This document shows, in pieces, positions 18,537 through 28,241 of a DNA stretch of 51,875 bases. The notes under the pieces are model-generated. The model had not been told where the DNA came from. It did no database searches and saw only the letters and a list, made by a program, of their open reading frames with translations. Within the stretch, counting starts at the first letter, position 1; each line of letters begins with the position of its first letter. Made by a program: the position numbers and the translations under genes. Origin of the DNA: Bacteroidetes bacterium MED-G21 (lineage in GTDB: Bacteria; Bacteroidota; Bacteroidia; Flavobacteriales; UBA7430); assembly GCA_002457305.1 (NCBI GenBank), contig NTKG01000003.1, positions 1 to 51,875 on the forward strand. Reading direction: 5' to 3'.

Positions 18537-19835
18537 ATGAAAAACCTGTCATTAACTATTATTTTTTTAGGCTTCTTTGCTATAAGCCTTGCTCAAACAC
18601 CTGCTCCAAATCAAAACAAAAAAATTCTATTGTATGGTGGCATTGCCCATGTTGGAAATGGTGAAGTTATAGAGAACTCATTAATTATTTTAGAAGATGG
18701 GAAAATTTTAACCATTGAAGACGCAAGCAATATAAGAATAGACATTTCAGATGCGGAATATTATGATGTTATTGGTAAACATATCTACCCAGGGCTTATT
18801 CTTCCAAACACAACTCTTGGTTTAGCTGATATTGATGCCGTTCGAGCAACACGAGATTTTGATGAGGTGGGTGATTTTAACCCTCACGTTCGAAGTATCA
18901 TTGCCTATAATACTGATTCTCCTGTTGTTCCAACGGTTCGAACAAACGGTATTTTGATTGGGCAGATTACACCTCGTGGTGGTGTCGTTTCCGGAACCTC
19001 TAGTCTCGTAGAGTTTGACGCCTGGAATTATGAAGACGCCCTATATAAACAAGACGATGCCGTTCATATGAACTGGCCTAAGTCTTCCTTTTCATATTGG
19101 GGTCTCGATCATCAAGAAAAGGTTGATGATGAATTTGAAAAAAAACTATCAGAGGTTGAAGAATTCTTTAATAAAGCTAGAAGCTATGCAAAATCGTCTA
19201 GTAAAAAAACAGACCTAAGATTAGAGGCTATGAGGGGGGTTTTCAATGGGTCAAAAGGGCTTTTCGTTCATGTTAGAACGGTAAAAGAAATAAAAAGCGC
19301 CGTTTTGTTTGCTAAAAATCTAAACCTAGACAACTTGGTTTTAGTGGGGGCAAATGATGCATGGCGTGTGGCTGACTTTCTTGCGGAAAACGAAATTCCT
19401 GTTGTTTTAAATCGAGTACACAGACTTCCTATGAGAAAAAGTGAAGATGTTGATATTGCATATAAAAGCGCAAAGATTTTACTTGACGCTGGTGTTTTAT
19501 TCTGTTTAGATTACGAGGGAGATATGGAGAGGATGGGCGCCAGAAATCTTCCGTTTACCGCTGGTACCACCGTTGCTTACGGATTAACCAGGGAGGAGGC
19601 TCTTATGAGTATTACGCTTAGCGCTGCTAAGATTCTAAAAATAGACGGCTCTCTTGGAAGCCTTGAACCAGGAAAAGACGCAACTTTATTTGTTTCTGAA
19701 GGGGACGCCTTAGATATGATGACCAATGATGTTAGTTTAGCCTTCATTCGTGGAAAAAAATTAGAGCTTGGAAACCACCAAATAGACCTGTATGAAAAAT
19801 ACAAAAAGCGCCATAAAAAGCTTTCTAATAAATAG
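18537..19835 (+). CDS. Exported amidohydrolase-family protein, partner of the preceding gene
   Basis: GKHIYPGLI, RTNGI, GSLEPGKDATL; lacks the HxH motif. Confidence 0.88.
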   Translation: MKNLSLTIIFLGFFAISLAQTPAPNQNKKILLYGGIAHVGNGEVIENSLIILEDGKILTIEDASNIRIDISDAEYYDVIGKHIYPGLILPNTTLGLADIDAVRATRDFDEVGDFNPHVRSIIAYNTDSPVVPTVRTNGILIGQITPRGGVVSGTSSLVEFDAWNYEDALYKQDDAVHMNWPKSSFSYWGLDHQEKVDDEFEKKLSEVEEFFNKARSYAKSSSKKTDLRLEAMRGVFNGSKGLFVHVRTVKEIKSAVLFAKNLNLDNLVLVGANDAWRVADFLAENEIPVVLNRVHRLPMRKSEDVDIAYKSAKILLDAGVLFCLDYEGDMERMGARNLPFTAGTTVAYGLTREEALMSITLSAAKILKIDGSLGSLEPGKDATLFVSEGDALDMMTNDVSLAFIRGKKLELGNHQIDLYEKYKKRHKKLSNK

Positions 19836-19868
19836 TTGCGCTTCTTACTTGTTTATAAATAATTGTCT

Positions 19869-20351
19869 ATGAAGTACCGTGTTTTGAACACTAAAGAGTT
19901 AGAGCCCTTAAAGGATGATTTCATCAAATTTCTTTCCGCAAACACAATTACTGGAGAGGATTGGGCTAAAATAAAATCGACCAAACCAAGCCAAGCACAC
20001 AAACTTATTGAGCTTTTTAGTGATATTGTTTGGGAAAAATCTATAGAAAAAATAAAATACCTAGAACACAGGGACGATAAATATTTAAAGGTCTTTTATT
20101 GTGGTAAAAATAAAATGGAAATGGTTGGTTTTAAAGTAACCGAAAAAAGCGCGCCCTCTCTTCTTGACGATAAAACTTTTAAATTACTTGGGTCTGGAAA
20201 GCTCAAGTTTTCTAAGCTTAAGGCTGTGTTTTCTTCATGTGAAAAAAAATATACTGTTTCCCGAAATAAAGACCTCTTTTCTATGATTGAATCTGGTTGC
20301 GTTCCCTGTGAAAAAGCCTATTACTACGGAATTAAGTCTTTGTTGAAATAA
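19869..20351 (+). CDS. DUF6495-like conserved Bacteroidota protein
   Basis: MKYRVLNTKELEPLKDDFIKFLSANTITGEDW...FSDIVWE pattern. Confidence 0.7.
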   Translation: MKYRVLNTKELEPLKDDFIKFLSANTITGEDWAKIKSTKPSQAHKLIELFSDIVWEKSIEKIKYLEHRDDKYLKVFYCGKNKMEMVGFKVTEKSAPSLLDDKTFKLLGSGKLKFSKLKAVFSSCEKKYTVSRNKDLFSMIESGCVPCEKAYYYGIKSLLK

Positions 20352-20387
20352 CTTTTTAGTTGCAAGCCTGGGTGATTTTGTGTTTAT

Positions 20388-20416
20388 AAAAAAACCCTCT
20401 TTCGAAGGTTTTTTCT
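20388..20416. terminator. Likely bidirectional terminator between convergent genes
   Basis: AAAAAAACC-CTCTTTCGAA-GGTTTTTT hairpin flanked by A and T tracts. Confidence 0.6.
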
Positions 20417-20428
20417 TTAATCGCTTTT

Positions 20429-22216
20429 CTAGTAAAATTTAGACCTATTGTCTTCTATGTCGGCCATCTCTTTTAATGCATTAAATACCTCGAGGTTTGC
20501 TCTTGGGTGAAGCTGGCTTTCGAGTTGCCTTTTTAAAGACGTAAAGTCTTTTGGGGCTGCTGATTTTTTTATTCCCTCTGTTGAAACAACATATACTCCG
20601 CTATTGCCAACCACTGGTTTTGACATCTGGCCCTCCTCTATTCCGTAGAAAGCACCAACAACTTTTGGCTCAAATCCGTCTGGTATTGAGTTAGAAGAAA
20701 AAGATAGAAGTGCTGCTGATTCTGGAGCTGTGTTCATTGTTTTTGCCAGTTCGTCTATATCACTTGAATTAGATAAGGCTTTATTAAATTCTTCTTTCAA
20801 TACGTCCGCGCTCTTTTCTCTCTTTACTGCAACTTCTACCTGAAAACGAACATCATCAAGATTTTGTATTCCCTCTTCTGTAATGTTGGTTAGCATTGCA
20901 ACAATAATCCGACTATTTTGATCATCTAGCTTTACGGTGTTTATCGCTGTGTTCTCATTGTAGGCCCAAAACACAAAGTTTCGGGCTTCTCCGATTCCTG
21001 AAACGTTTCGGTCTGCCTCCTGTATTGATGCTGTTGTAAGGGCAATGTTTTTCTCTTCCGCCATTGCTTCAAAGCTACTTAAGTCGGTGGATGAAGCCAT
21101 TTCGCTTGCCTGTGCATAAATTTCGTTTGCTGTCTGCTCGCTCGCGTCCATCGCCACTTCAATTATGGCTACCTGAATGGAGTCGTTAATGCGCGCATTT
21201 AATCTTGCCAATTTATAACTGTTATCTTCTTCGTAAGGGCCATATATAAATCCTATCTCTTCGTTTCTTATTACCGTTTCTATGGCTGGCGAAAGCTGAC
21301 CTTCTGCATAAAACGTTGGGTCAAATGAACCGTCTGAATAGGTGTCAACATATGATGCAGCATCGAGAGTATTTCTAAAGCCCTTTACTATTTCTTTCTT
21401 TTTGCTTGTTTTATTATAAACCTCTTTGTCTTCAATAAGCGCTTCCAGTTGTTCTTTAATTACTTCTTTATCTGATTCGGTAGGAAGGATTTCAAAAACG
21501 GCCAATGTGAGCTCACGTGATTCATTTTGAGGATAAGCGTCTTTATTATCTCTATAATATGACTCTATTTCTGATTCTGTTACCTCAATCTTTGTGTCAA
21601 AAGGCTTAAATACATATCGCCCATTGGCTTGAGCGCCTTGCTCGTCGTAGTAGGTCTGTGCGTCTGTATTTGAGGCTACCAATCCTAGGCGAACTAAGTT
21701 TGAGTATTTTTGACTTAATCGCTCTTTAAGAATAATGTTTTCAAAATACATCCACCTAAGGGGGTCTGTGTCGTGAATTTGTTGAATAACTGAGGCCAAT
21801 TGCTCTGGGGAAACATCTTGTGCGTTTGCTCCAAAAAATTGTCTTGCCGTTGATGACATCTGTGCTGACTTATATCCAAAAGTTAATCCTGCTAATTCTT
21901 CGGCACTAACCATTAAACCTATATCGTTATATTGCTCACCCATAACAATTTCACTTACCTTGTCTGACCACAAGTTATCTCGTAAACCGTTTCGATCTTG
22001 TTGGCCATTAAAAATTCGATCTATATTTTGGGCTTCTGTTTCAAATTCTCGATAGTCTACAACCTCGTCGTTTATTTCTCCCAATACTCCTTGGGCACCG
22101 TTTAACAGAGAGGATCCGGAGTTCATTAAGTCTCCTAAAAGAAAGGCTAAAAGAGCAAAACCAATTGCTGCAATAACGAGGCCTGAGCGTTTTCTGAGTT
22201 TATCAAGTGATATCAT
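20429..22216 (-). CDS. PpiD-like periplasmic chaperone (SurA N-terminal domain), apparently lacking the parvulin domain
   Basis: LRKRSGLVIAAIGFALLAFLLGD N-terminal anchor, SKPVVGNSGVYV, C-terminal IEDNRSKFY. Confidence 0.85.
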   Translation of the reverse strand: MISLDKLRKRSGLVIAAIGFALLAFLLGDLMNSGSSLLNGAQGVLGEINDEVVDYREFETEAQNIDRIFNGQQDRNGLRDNLWSDKVSEIVMGEQYNDIGLMVSAEELAGLTFGYKSAQMSSTARQFFGANAQDVSPEQLASVIQQIHDTDPLRWMYFENIILKERLSQKYSNLVRLGLVASNTDAQTYYDEQGAQANGRYVFKPFDTKIEVTESEIESYYRDNKDAYPQNESRELTLAVFEILPTESDKEVIKEQLEALIEDKEVYNKTSKKKEIVKGFRNTLDAASYVDTYSDGSFDPTFYAEGQLSPAIETVIRNEEIGFIYGPYEEDNSYKLARLNARINDSIQVAIIEVAMDASEQTANEIYAQASEMASSTDLSSFEAMAEEKNIALTTASIQEADRNVSGIGEARNFVFWAYNENTAINTVKLDDQNSRIIVAMLTNITEEGIQNLDDVRFQVEVAVKREKSADVLKEEFNKALSNSSDIDELAKTMNTAPESAALLSFSSNSIPDGFEPKVVGAFYGIEEGQMSKPVVGNSGVYVVSTEGIKKSAAPKDFTSLKRQLESQLHPRANLEVFNALKEMADIEDNRSKFY

Positions 22217-22279
22217 TGTTGTTTTCTTTTTCGTTTGTCAAGTCTGCGAATATACAAAAGTTCTTCAAAAATAGGGGTG

Positions 22280-23545
22280 TTAGGGCTGCCAGAATAGTTT
22301 TACCTTCTCTATGCGAGTCTGATTTACCTCTAGTATTTCGAAAACAAACAAACCAACTTTTATTTGTTCATTTAATTGGGGTATACTCTCGCAGTGGTTA
22401 ACTATAAGGCCGCTAAGGGTTTCATAATAATCTGATTCCGGAAGATTTAAATTGTATTTTTCATTTAGGTAATCTATTTCGTGACGGCCAGAAAAAATAA
22501 ATTTATTCTCGGAAACCTTTTTTTCTTCATGATCTACCGGGTCGTGTTCGTCTTTAATATCTCCAAAAATTTCTTCTATGATGTCTTCAATTGTAAGTAG
22601 GCCAGAGGTTCCCCCAAATTCATCAATAACTAAAGCGATGCTTTTTCTTTCTTTAATAAATAAATTAAGAATCTCGCCCGCTTTCATGGTTTCTGGAACA
22701 AGGGCTATTGGAAGTAAAATAGACTTGATGTGTTTTGGTTTTTTAAAAAGCTCATAAGAGTGTGTGTAACCAATAATTTGATCTATATTTTCTCTGAAAA
22801 TTAAAATTTTAGAAAAACCTGTTTCTACAAACTTATTAGTCAGCTTATTTATATCCTCGCCTATTTCCATTGCTACAATTTCATTTCTTGGAACCATGCA
22901 CTCCCTTGCTTTAACACTTGAAAAGTCAAGTGCGTTTTGAAATATTTGTATTTCGGGTTCAAGTTGGTTTTTGTCTTTCACTGTGGTTGCGTGCTCTTTT
23001 ATGTATTGTTTTAAATCAACCCTACCAAAAACTCTTTTTTGGTCAAGCTGTTTAACTCGCATTATTTTTTTTAATAAAAATTTAGAAATGGACACAATTA
23101 ATGAAACAAAAAAATACAACCCAAAATAACTTAAAGCTGCTGGAACAGCAAATAATCGGACAAGCCGATTCGCGTTTATACTAAATAATACTTTTGGAAT
23201 AAACTCCGCTGTTACCAAAACTATTAGTGTAGATATAACTGTCTGAGCCAACAACACTAAACTATCGTTATTTGTTAAATTTTGTTGAATATGTGGTTCT
23301 AATATGTTTGCCATCTCTACCCCATAAACAACCAAAGCAATGTTATTTCCAACAAGCATTGTAGCAATAAATCGAGATGGTTTTTCTAAAAAGTATGATA
23401 AAACACGAGAATTCATCTCTCCTCGTTTTTTCATAAGCTCTATATGAAGCTTATTAGAGGCAATAAAAGCGATTTCCATACCAGAAAAAAAGGCAGAAAA
23501 TAAAAGAGATAAAATGATAGTCAGAAGACTACTGTCGGGGTCCAT
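22280..23545 (-). CDS. Hemolysin-family (CNNM/DUF21-CBS-CorC) membrane protein
   Basis: SAFFSGMEIAF, LVGNNIA, AEFIPK, ARECMVPR, VIDEFGGTSGLLTIEDIIEEIFGDI. Confidence 0.93.
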   Translation of the reverse strand: MDPDSSLLTIILSLLFSAFFSGMEIAFIASNKLHIELMKKRGEMNSRVLSYFLEKPSRFIATMLVGNNIALVVYGVEMANILEPHIQQNLTNNDSLVLLAQTVISTLIVLVTAEFIPKVLFSINANRLVRLFAVPAALSYFGLYFFVSLIVSISKFLLKKIMRVKQLDQKRVFGRVDLKQYIKEHATTVKDKNQLEPEIQIFQNALDFSSVKARECMVPRNEIVAMEIGEDINKLTNKFVETGFSKILIFRENIDQIIGYTHSYELFKKPKHIKSILLPIALVPETMKAGEILNLFIKERKSIALVIDEFGGTSGLLTIEDIIEEIFGDIKDEHDPVDHEEKKVSENKFIFSGRHEIDYLNEKYNLNLPESDYYETLSGLIVNHCESIPQLNEQIKVGLFVFEILEVNQTRIEKVKLFWQP

Positions 23546-23605
23546 TAAGGTTTTTTTATTTAGTATTATAAAGACGCTTGTATAGAGTAAAAGCTCAACA
23601 TTAAA

Positions 23606-24199
23606 TTACTCTGGTTGGTCTAAATTAATAATTCCTCGGGTATTTTTAAGGGTATATTTGCTAAAAGACGTATTTGACTCAAAACCATATCCAATAATTG
23701 ATTGCCCTTGCTTGGTTATTTTAACCAGCTCCTCGGTGAAAATTTCATTGCGGTTTTCGTTCCAAACTAAAAACTCTGTTTCTAGTTTTTCTCCTTTTAA
23801 ATTCTCTATAAGAACTGCCCCCTTTGCCTCTATTGTCTTGTCTTCTAAATGTTGAATTGCGTAGTCTGACCTCATAAACGCTTCTTGTTCGCCTTCTGCA
23901 TTAAAAGAAAAAATCTCTAAGCCCAGAGGAAACTCTATATACTCTTTTTCCTCTTTAAACTTAAGCACTTTCGGACTTGTAAGTTTATGTGAAAGTATGC
24001 CGTTTTTTGTGTAAACCCACTCTACACCCTCAGAAGAAACTAGGGGTTCGCGAGTATCATTTACGAGCGCGTCTATTTTTTGTGTGTTGCTTTGGCACGA
24101 AAGAATGAGATTTACGATAAAAAACACTATAGCACATCTTGTTACACTCTGATTTATGTGGCTGGGTGTTTTTTGAAAACGAATAAGTGTGGTAATCAT
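23606..24199 (-). CDS. lptC: LPS export ABC transporter periplasmic protein LptC
   Basis: Lipobox ILSC, EFPLGL, LETEFLVWN, IFTEELVKI, GYGFES; typical Bacteroidota context. Confidence 0.85.
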   Translation of the reverse strand: MITTLIRFQKTPSHINQSVTRCAIVFFIVNLILSCQSNTQKIDALVNDTREPLVSSEGVEWVYTKNGILSHKLTSPKVLKFKEEKEYIEFPLGLEIFSFNAEGEQEAFMRSDYAIQHLEDKTIEAKGAVLIENLKGEKLETEFLVWNENRNEIFTEELVKITKQGQSIIGYGFESNTSFSKYTLKNTRGIINLDQPE

Positions 24200-24205
24200 A
24201 AATTA

Positions 24206-25600
24206 TTATGGTACCCTAATTTTTACTGTTTCGCTATACCAACAATCAATTTTATATGTTGGTTCATCTATCAAGCCTTCAGTGAAAATGTCTGTTTTGC
24301 TTGGCATCTGTTCTTTATATTTTTCAATTCGTTCGTTTGCCTTTGTAAGTAGTTGTCGGTCTAATCTCTTTGCGTATTCGTATTTATCTATTGCTGCCCA
24401 ATAGCCAACTCTCTTTAAAAATTCTGTCTTGAGTTCTCCACACTGGCGAGAGGTTTTGGCGTACAAGTCGCCTATTAACATATAGGGCTCACCCCATCCT
24501 GATCGAAAAGAAGCTGCTTTTAATGCATATGATTTTGCAGACTTGTTTTTATTCATAGCGCCATATGTTTGTGCCAAACGATATGCATATTGTGCTTTAT
24601 TAATCTTGTCCAATTCATTATCCAGTGCATAAGTATAAAAACCTTCCGCTTTTTCGTAATCTTTTCGTTTCAAAGATCTAATGCCCATATTTGCTGCTGC
24701 TGATGAAGACGGTTCTATATTATATAGTGCTTCTGATATAGAAAAGAATATGTCTGATTCGGTACACTCTTTTTTATTTAAAAGCTTGGCGGCTCGCCTC
24801 ATCCAGGCAGCGTCTTGTTTATTTTGTTCAAAGTTTTTCGTATACAATTCAATAAGTTTTTCACATGTCGCGTGGGGGGCAAGCGTTTTTTCTAAATTGT
24901 TTTTTACGTCTCCTAGGGTTTTTAGCTCCTTTTGGTTTTTCTTTAATTGTTTCTGCTCTTTTGGACTTATGTCTTCAATCTGTTCCGCATTGTATATGTC
25001 TTGTGTGAGCTTGGCTTCTTTATATGATATAACACCTGAAAGGTCTGAAAATAGACCTATCAAATCCTCTACTTTTAAAACTTTGGCCTGAACTAATTTT
25101 GTTGTTGCCATAAAATAATAATTCAGCACGCTGGCGGTGCTCTCGTTTCCTGCCATTTCAAAAGAACTACGAAGTACTTTGTGTGAAGCCTGAAGGCCTT
25201 CTGTGGTTGTTTTCATGTATTTATACATGTCTGCGCCCTTCATGCCTGTCACGTAGGCTTCTTTTCCTGGGTAATATACATTTCTTTGATCATAAACCAT
25301 CTTTAAAGAGTCAACTAGTGTTGTTTTTCTAGCTTCGTCACTTATGTTTTTTATTAGTCCCTTTATAATTTTAGGGCCGTGTAAATAAATATTCTTTGTT
25401 CGTTTTGGCGCGCTGTTAAACAAATAAGACCACGGTTTATATGCGTCCTCATAATTTTTTTGCTTGTAAAACTCTATATAAATAGATAAGTTTTCCTCAC
25501 AAAGGTCTTTGTTTGTGCCGTATTTTAATACCTCGTCCTGTGCTTGTGATTGGGTTGAAAAAACCGCTATCGCTAATAATAAAATGTTTTTAATTCTCAT
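24206..25600 (-). CDS. Exported TPR-repeat protein
   Basis: Signal peptide, helical repeats, GEPYMLIGDLYA, YWAAIDKY, CWYSE C-terminus. Confidence 0.8.
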   Translation of the reverse strand: MRIKNILLLAIAVFSTQSQAQDEVLKYGTNKDLCEENLSIYIEFYKQKNYEDAYKPWSYLFNSAPKRTKNIYLHGPKIIKGLIKNISDEARKTTLVDSLKMVYDQRNVYYPGKEAYVTGMKGADMYKYMKTTTEGLQASHKVLRSSFEMAGNESTASVLNYYFMATTKLVQAKVLKVEDLIGLFSDLSGVISYKEAKLTQDIYNAEQIEDISPKEQKQLKKNQKELKTLGDVKNNLEKTLAPHATCEKLIELYTKNFEQNKQDAAWMRRAAKLLNKKECTESDIFFSISEALYNIEPSSSAAANMGIRSLKRKDYEKAEGFYTYALDNELDKINKAQYAYRLAQTYGAMNKNKSAKSYALKAASFRSGWGEPYMLIGDLYAKTSRQCGELKTEFLKRVGYWAAIDKYEYAKRLDRQLLTKANERIEKYKEQMPSKTDIFTEGLIDEPTYKIDCWYSETVKIRVP

Positions 25601-25611
25601 GTTTTCCTTTC

Positions 25612-26904
25612 TTAATCTATTTTACGCTTTTTAAACCATTTATCATTAAATGTAAATGCCAAGTGAAACTTGATATAGTTTTCTTCAATCAGCCCCGCGT
25701 CTGTTGTACCCCTCTTTCCTATCTGTACCCCTATGTTTGCTGTTGTGTTTGACCGCCTCATTGGAAGCCCCAAACCAAAGCTTAGATTTAGGTCACTAAT
25801 ATCTGTTTGTGGGTTGTTTGTTCCAAGGGCAGAAACCGAGAGATGACCACTGTTATAATTAATGCCGGCGCGGTACTGAATTATATTTAAATAATTGTGA
25901 ACATCTTTAGCGTTTGGAATCCACCATGCACCAATCTTAAAATGCATTGCATCTTTTAAGCTTGGGTCTGTCGTGTTAAAAAAAGTCATTTGTGACCACT
26001 CTTTAAAACCTAGCTCCCCTGATAAAAACCATCGATCCTTCTCCTCTATCGCTAAACCTGCTGTATAAGACTTCGGAAGTACGAAGCCATTTGATTCGTT
26101 ATAAAAAACAGTTGCTGTGTCTAAAATGATTCCAAGATCGTTAGACAAATCATATGTGTAGCTTGCGCCGCTGTTACTTGCGCTTAAATTCGCCTCTGGA
26201 CAATATGTGGCGCCCAGCGTTAAATTCTTATTTGCGCGCTTTATTTGGTATTGAAAACCTAAATCATAAGTATAATCTCGAGTTGTGTAGGAGTTTTCAT
26301 CTCTTCGGTTAAGTATGTTAGGTTGGTCAAATACCAGTTCTCTTTTCTGGTTTATTGTTCCGAAAATCATTGATGCTGTTGCACCGACAGAAAAACCTTT
26401 AAAAAGTTGGGCGCCAAAATTAGCATATGCCCTGTTTAAACCTCCCGATCCGCTGTGATTGACAACATAGGTTAAAGCATCTTGATTCGATACAATATTG
26501 TTTTGCCTTAACTCAAACCCCTTATATGAATACGGAAGTAGCCCTCCACTAACAGCAACCCCTTTTAGTAGTGGGAATCCTAAGCTAAGGTATGAAAGTG
26601 TCGACGTAAAAGCCTCCTGAGACAGTGTGTTATCTGTTAAATAAATTGCAGAGCCGTTAATTCCTGTTTCAAAAACGGTAACACCTATTGCGCTTAATGA
26701 GGCGGGATTTATTGGGTTTAAATAATTCGCCGTTCTCATTGCCACACCAACTCCGCCCAGAGAAGTATTTAGTGAAAACCCTTGTTCTTGGGTGTCTCCT
26801 ATTCCAAAAGACGAGTATGGTGATATTGTACCTTCTTGGGCTAACAAAATTGCTGGCAGGGAAACAAAAAGAATTAATACCGCTTTATATTTATTTATTT
26901 GCAT
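25612..26904 (-). CDS. Outer-membrane beta-barrel protein (FadL/TodX-like)
   Basis: SPYSSFGIG, NPASL hatch motif, GSGGLN, C-terminal NDKWFKKRKID. Confidence 0.8.
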   Translation of the reverse strand: MQINKYKAVLILFVSLPAILLAQEGTISPYSSFGIGDTQEQGFSLNTSLGGVGVAMRTANYLNPINPASLSAIGVTVFETGINGSAIYLTDNTLSQEAFTSTLSYLSLGFPLLKGVAVSGGLLPYSYKGFELRQNNIVSNQDALTYVVNHSGSGGLNRAYANFGAQLFKGFSVGATASMIFGTINQKRELVFDQPNILNRRDENSYTTRDYTYDLGFQYQIKRANKNLTLGATYCPEANLSASNSGASYTYDLSNDLGIILDTATVFYNESNGFVLPKSYTAGLAIEEKDRWFLSGELGFKEWSQMTFFNTTDPSLKDAMHFKIGAWWIPNAKDVHNYLNIIQYRAGINYNSGHLSVSALGTNNPQTDISDLNLSFGLGLPMRRSNTTANIGVQIGKRGTTDAGLIEENYIKFHLAFTFNDKWFKKRKID

Positions 26905-27616
26905 GTTGCTTTAGTATAAAATACATCCCTTTTAGTAAAATATCTTTATCGGCAAAGATGCTATTTTTTAACTTCTTATCAAAGAAGCCCAGGTCTCCAC
27001 CTGTAAGTACAACGATTGTGTCGGAATAACGCTTTTGATATGAATCTATTGCCCCCTCTAGCTCTTTTATAGCCCCGTTAACAACGCCAGAAAGAATAGA
27101 CTCTTTAGTTGAGGATCCTATAAGGTCTTTTGGTTCAGAAAGCTCAACTAGAGGTAGCGCATCTGTTTGACTGCCCAAGGCTTTTAATCTCATTTTAAGG
27201 CCTGGTGAAATGGATCCCCCAAGATATCTTGTTTTTCTATCTATAAAATCAATTGTTATACAGGTGCCTACATCTATAATTAAAACTGGCCTATTCGGAA
27301 AGACAAAAGCCGCTCCGGCGACTAAGGAGAGCCTATCTGAACCAAGTGTTTTTGGTGTTTCATAAACAATTTTAAAAGGCATTTCCATTTCGGAGGATAA
27401 AACAACAAGGTTGGGTTTGTGTTTTATAGATTCGGATAAAATATTGTCGGGTATGGTTTTTACCGAACTTAACATGACGTTCTTCGCCTTTCCAGAATAA
27501 TGAGATACAATTTTTGGAACATCTTCAAGGGTTCTGTTTCCTTTTTCTTTAATCCTCCCGCCTACAAAATATGCGTACTTAGTTCTTGTGTTTCCTATAT
27601 CAATTACTAAACTCAT
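26891..27616 (-). CDS. coaX: Type III pantothenate kinase
   Basis: IDIGNTRTK, LGSDR, IDVGTCIT, GGSISPG, LTGGD. Confidence 0.97.
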   Translation of the reverse strand: MSLVIDIGNTRTKYAYFVGGRIKEKGNRTLEDVPKIVSHYSGKAKNVMLSSVKTIPDNILSESIKHKPNLVVLSSEMEMPFKIVYETPKTLGSDRLSLVAGAAFVFPNRPVLIIDVGTCITIDFIDRKTRYLGGSISPGLKMRLKALGSQTDALPLVELSEPKDLIGSSTKESILSGVVNGAIKELEGAIDSYQKRYSDTIVVLTGGDLGFFDKKLKNSIFADKDILLKGMYFILKQHANK

Positions 27617-27694
27617 TTTGACTTATTATTTTCCAAAAATATGAATAATGTAAATTATTATTCCTTTTTCTTTGATAGATAAAATGCTTGTGTT

Positions 27695-27702
27695 TATATT
27701 TG
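27695..27702 (+). promoter_or_regulatory. Bacteroidota -7 promoter element for tRNA-Phe
   Basis: TATATTTG (TAnnTTTG) 16 nt upstream of the tRNA. Confidence 0.7.
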
Positions 27703-27718
27703 CTGCCTTAACAATTAA

Positions 27719-27791
27719 GGTGCTATAGCTCAGTTGGTAGAGCAAAGGACTGAAAATCCTTGTGTCCCCGGTTCGATTCCTGGTAGCACCA
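27719..27791 (+). tRNA. tRNA-Phe(GAA)
   Basis: GGTGCTA/TAGCACC acceptor stem, anticodon loop CTGAAAA, T-loop GGTTCGATTCC. Confidence 0.98.
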
Positions 27792-27794
27792 CAA

Positions 27795-27828
27795 GCGGAA
27801 CCAATCATTTATTTTGGTTCCGTTTTTA
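27795..27828 (+). terminator. Intrinsic terminator after tRNA-Phe
   Basis: GCGGAACCAA...TTGGTTCCGT stem followed by a T-tract. Confidence 0.8.
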
Positions 27829-27945
27829 TTTGGCTGTGTTTCGGTATTGGTTCTGATGGCTTATTTGTGGTTGTTTGCCCCTCGTTTTTTACTAAAACAA
27901 AAAGCCCCGTCTAAACAAGGCCTGATCAATAATTATTTGGCCCTT

Positions 27946-28182
27946 TTATTGTTTCTTAAAAACAGAATACAAAACCAATAATGTCGCTATTCCAATAAAG
28001 TTACTTTGACCCATTGAATTAATAGCGCTTTGTAAATTTTTAATTGGGTTCCACCCAAAAAGACTCTCTCCAACGATTAGTTGAACCACAACGCCTAAGC
28101 ATAAAAGAGGTACCGCAACATCTAAGGCGCCTCGTAAATACTTTCGGGTTAACTTGAGCTGTTCTTTAAGTTTTTCTCCCAT
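27946..28182 (-). CDS. Small hypothetical membrane protein (paralog of the next gene)
   Basis: 78 aa, two hydrophobic segments, aligns by eye with 28242..28463. Confidence 0.75.
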   Translation of the reverse strand: MGEKLKEQLKLTRKYLRGALDVAVPLLCLGVVVQLIVGESLFGWNPIKNLQSAINSMGQSNFIGIATLLVLYSVFKKQ

Positions 28183-28200
28183 TTCTTTATTGTTTAAATA

Positions 28201-28233
28201 ATTAAAGCCCTCATTTAAAATGAGGGCTTTAAT
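28201..28233 (-). terminator. Perfect 16-bp inverted repeat (terminator-like) between the two small genes
   Basis: ATTAAAGCCCTCATTT-A-AAATGAGGGCTTTAAT. Confidence 0.75.
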
Positions 28234-28241
28234 TATGTTAA

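Noticed and set aside
27626-27808. 60-aa ORF in the ORF track
   Set aside because: It is the antisense reading of tRNA-Phe.
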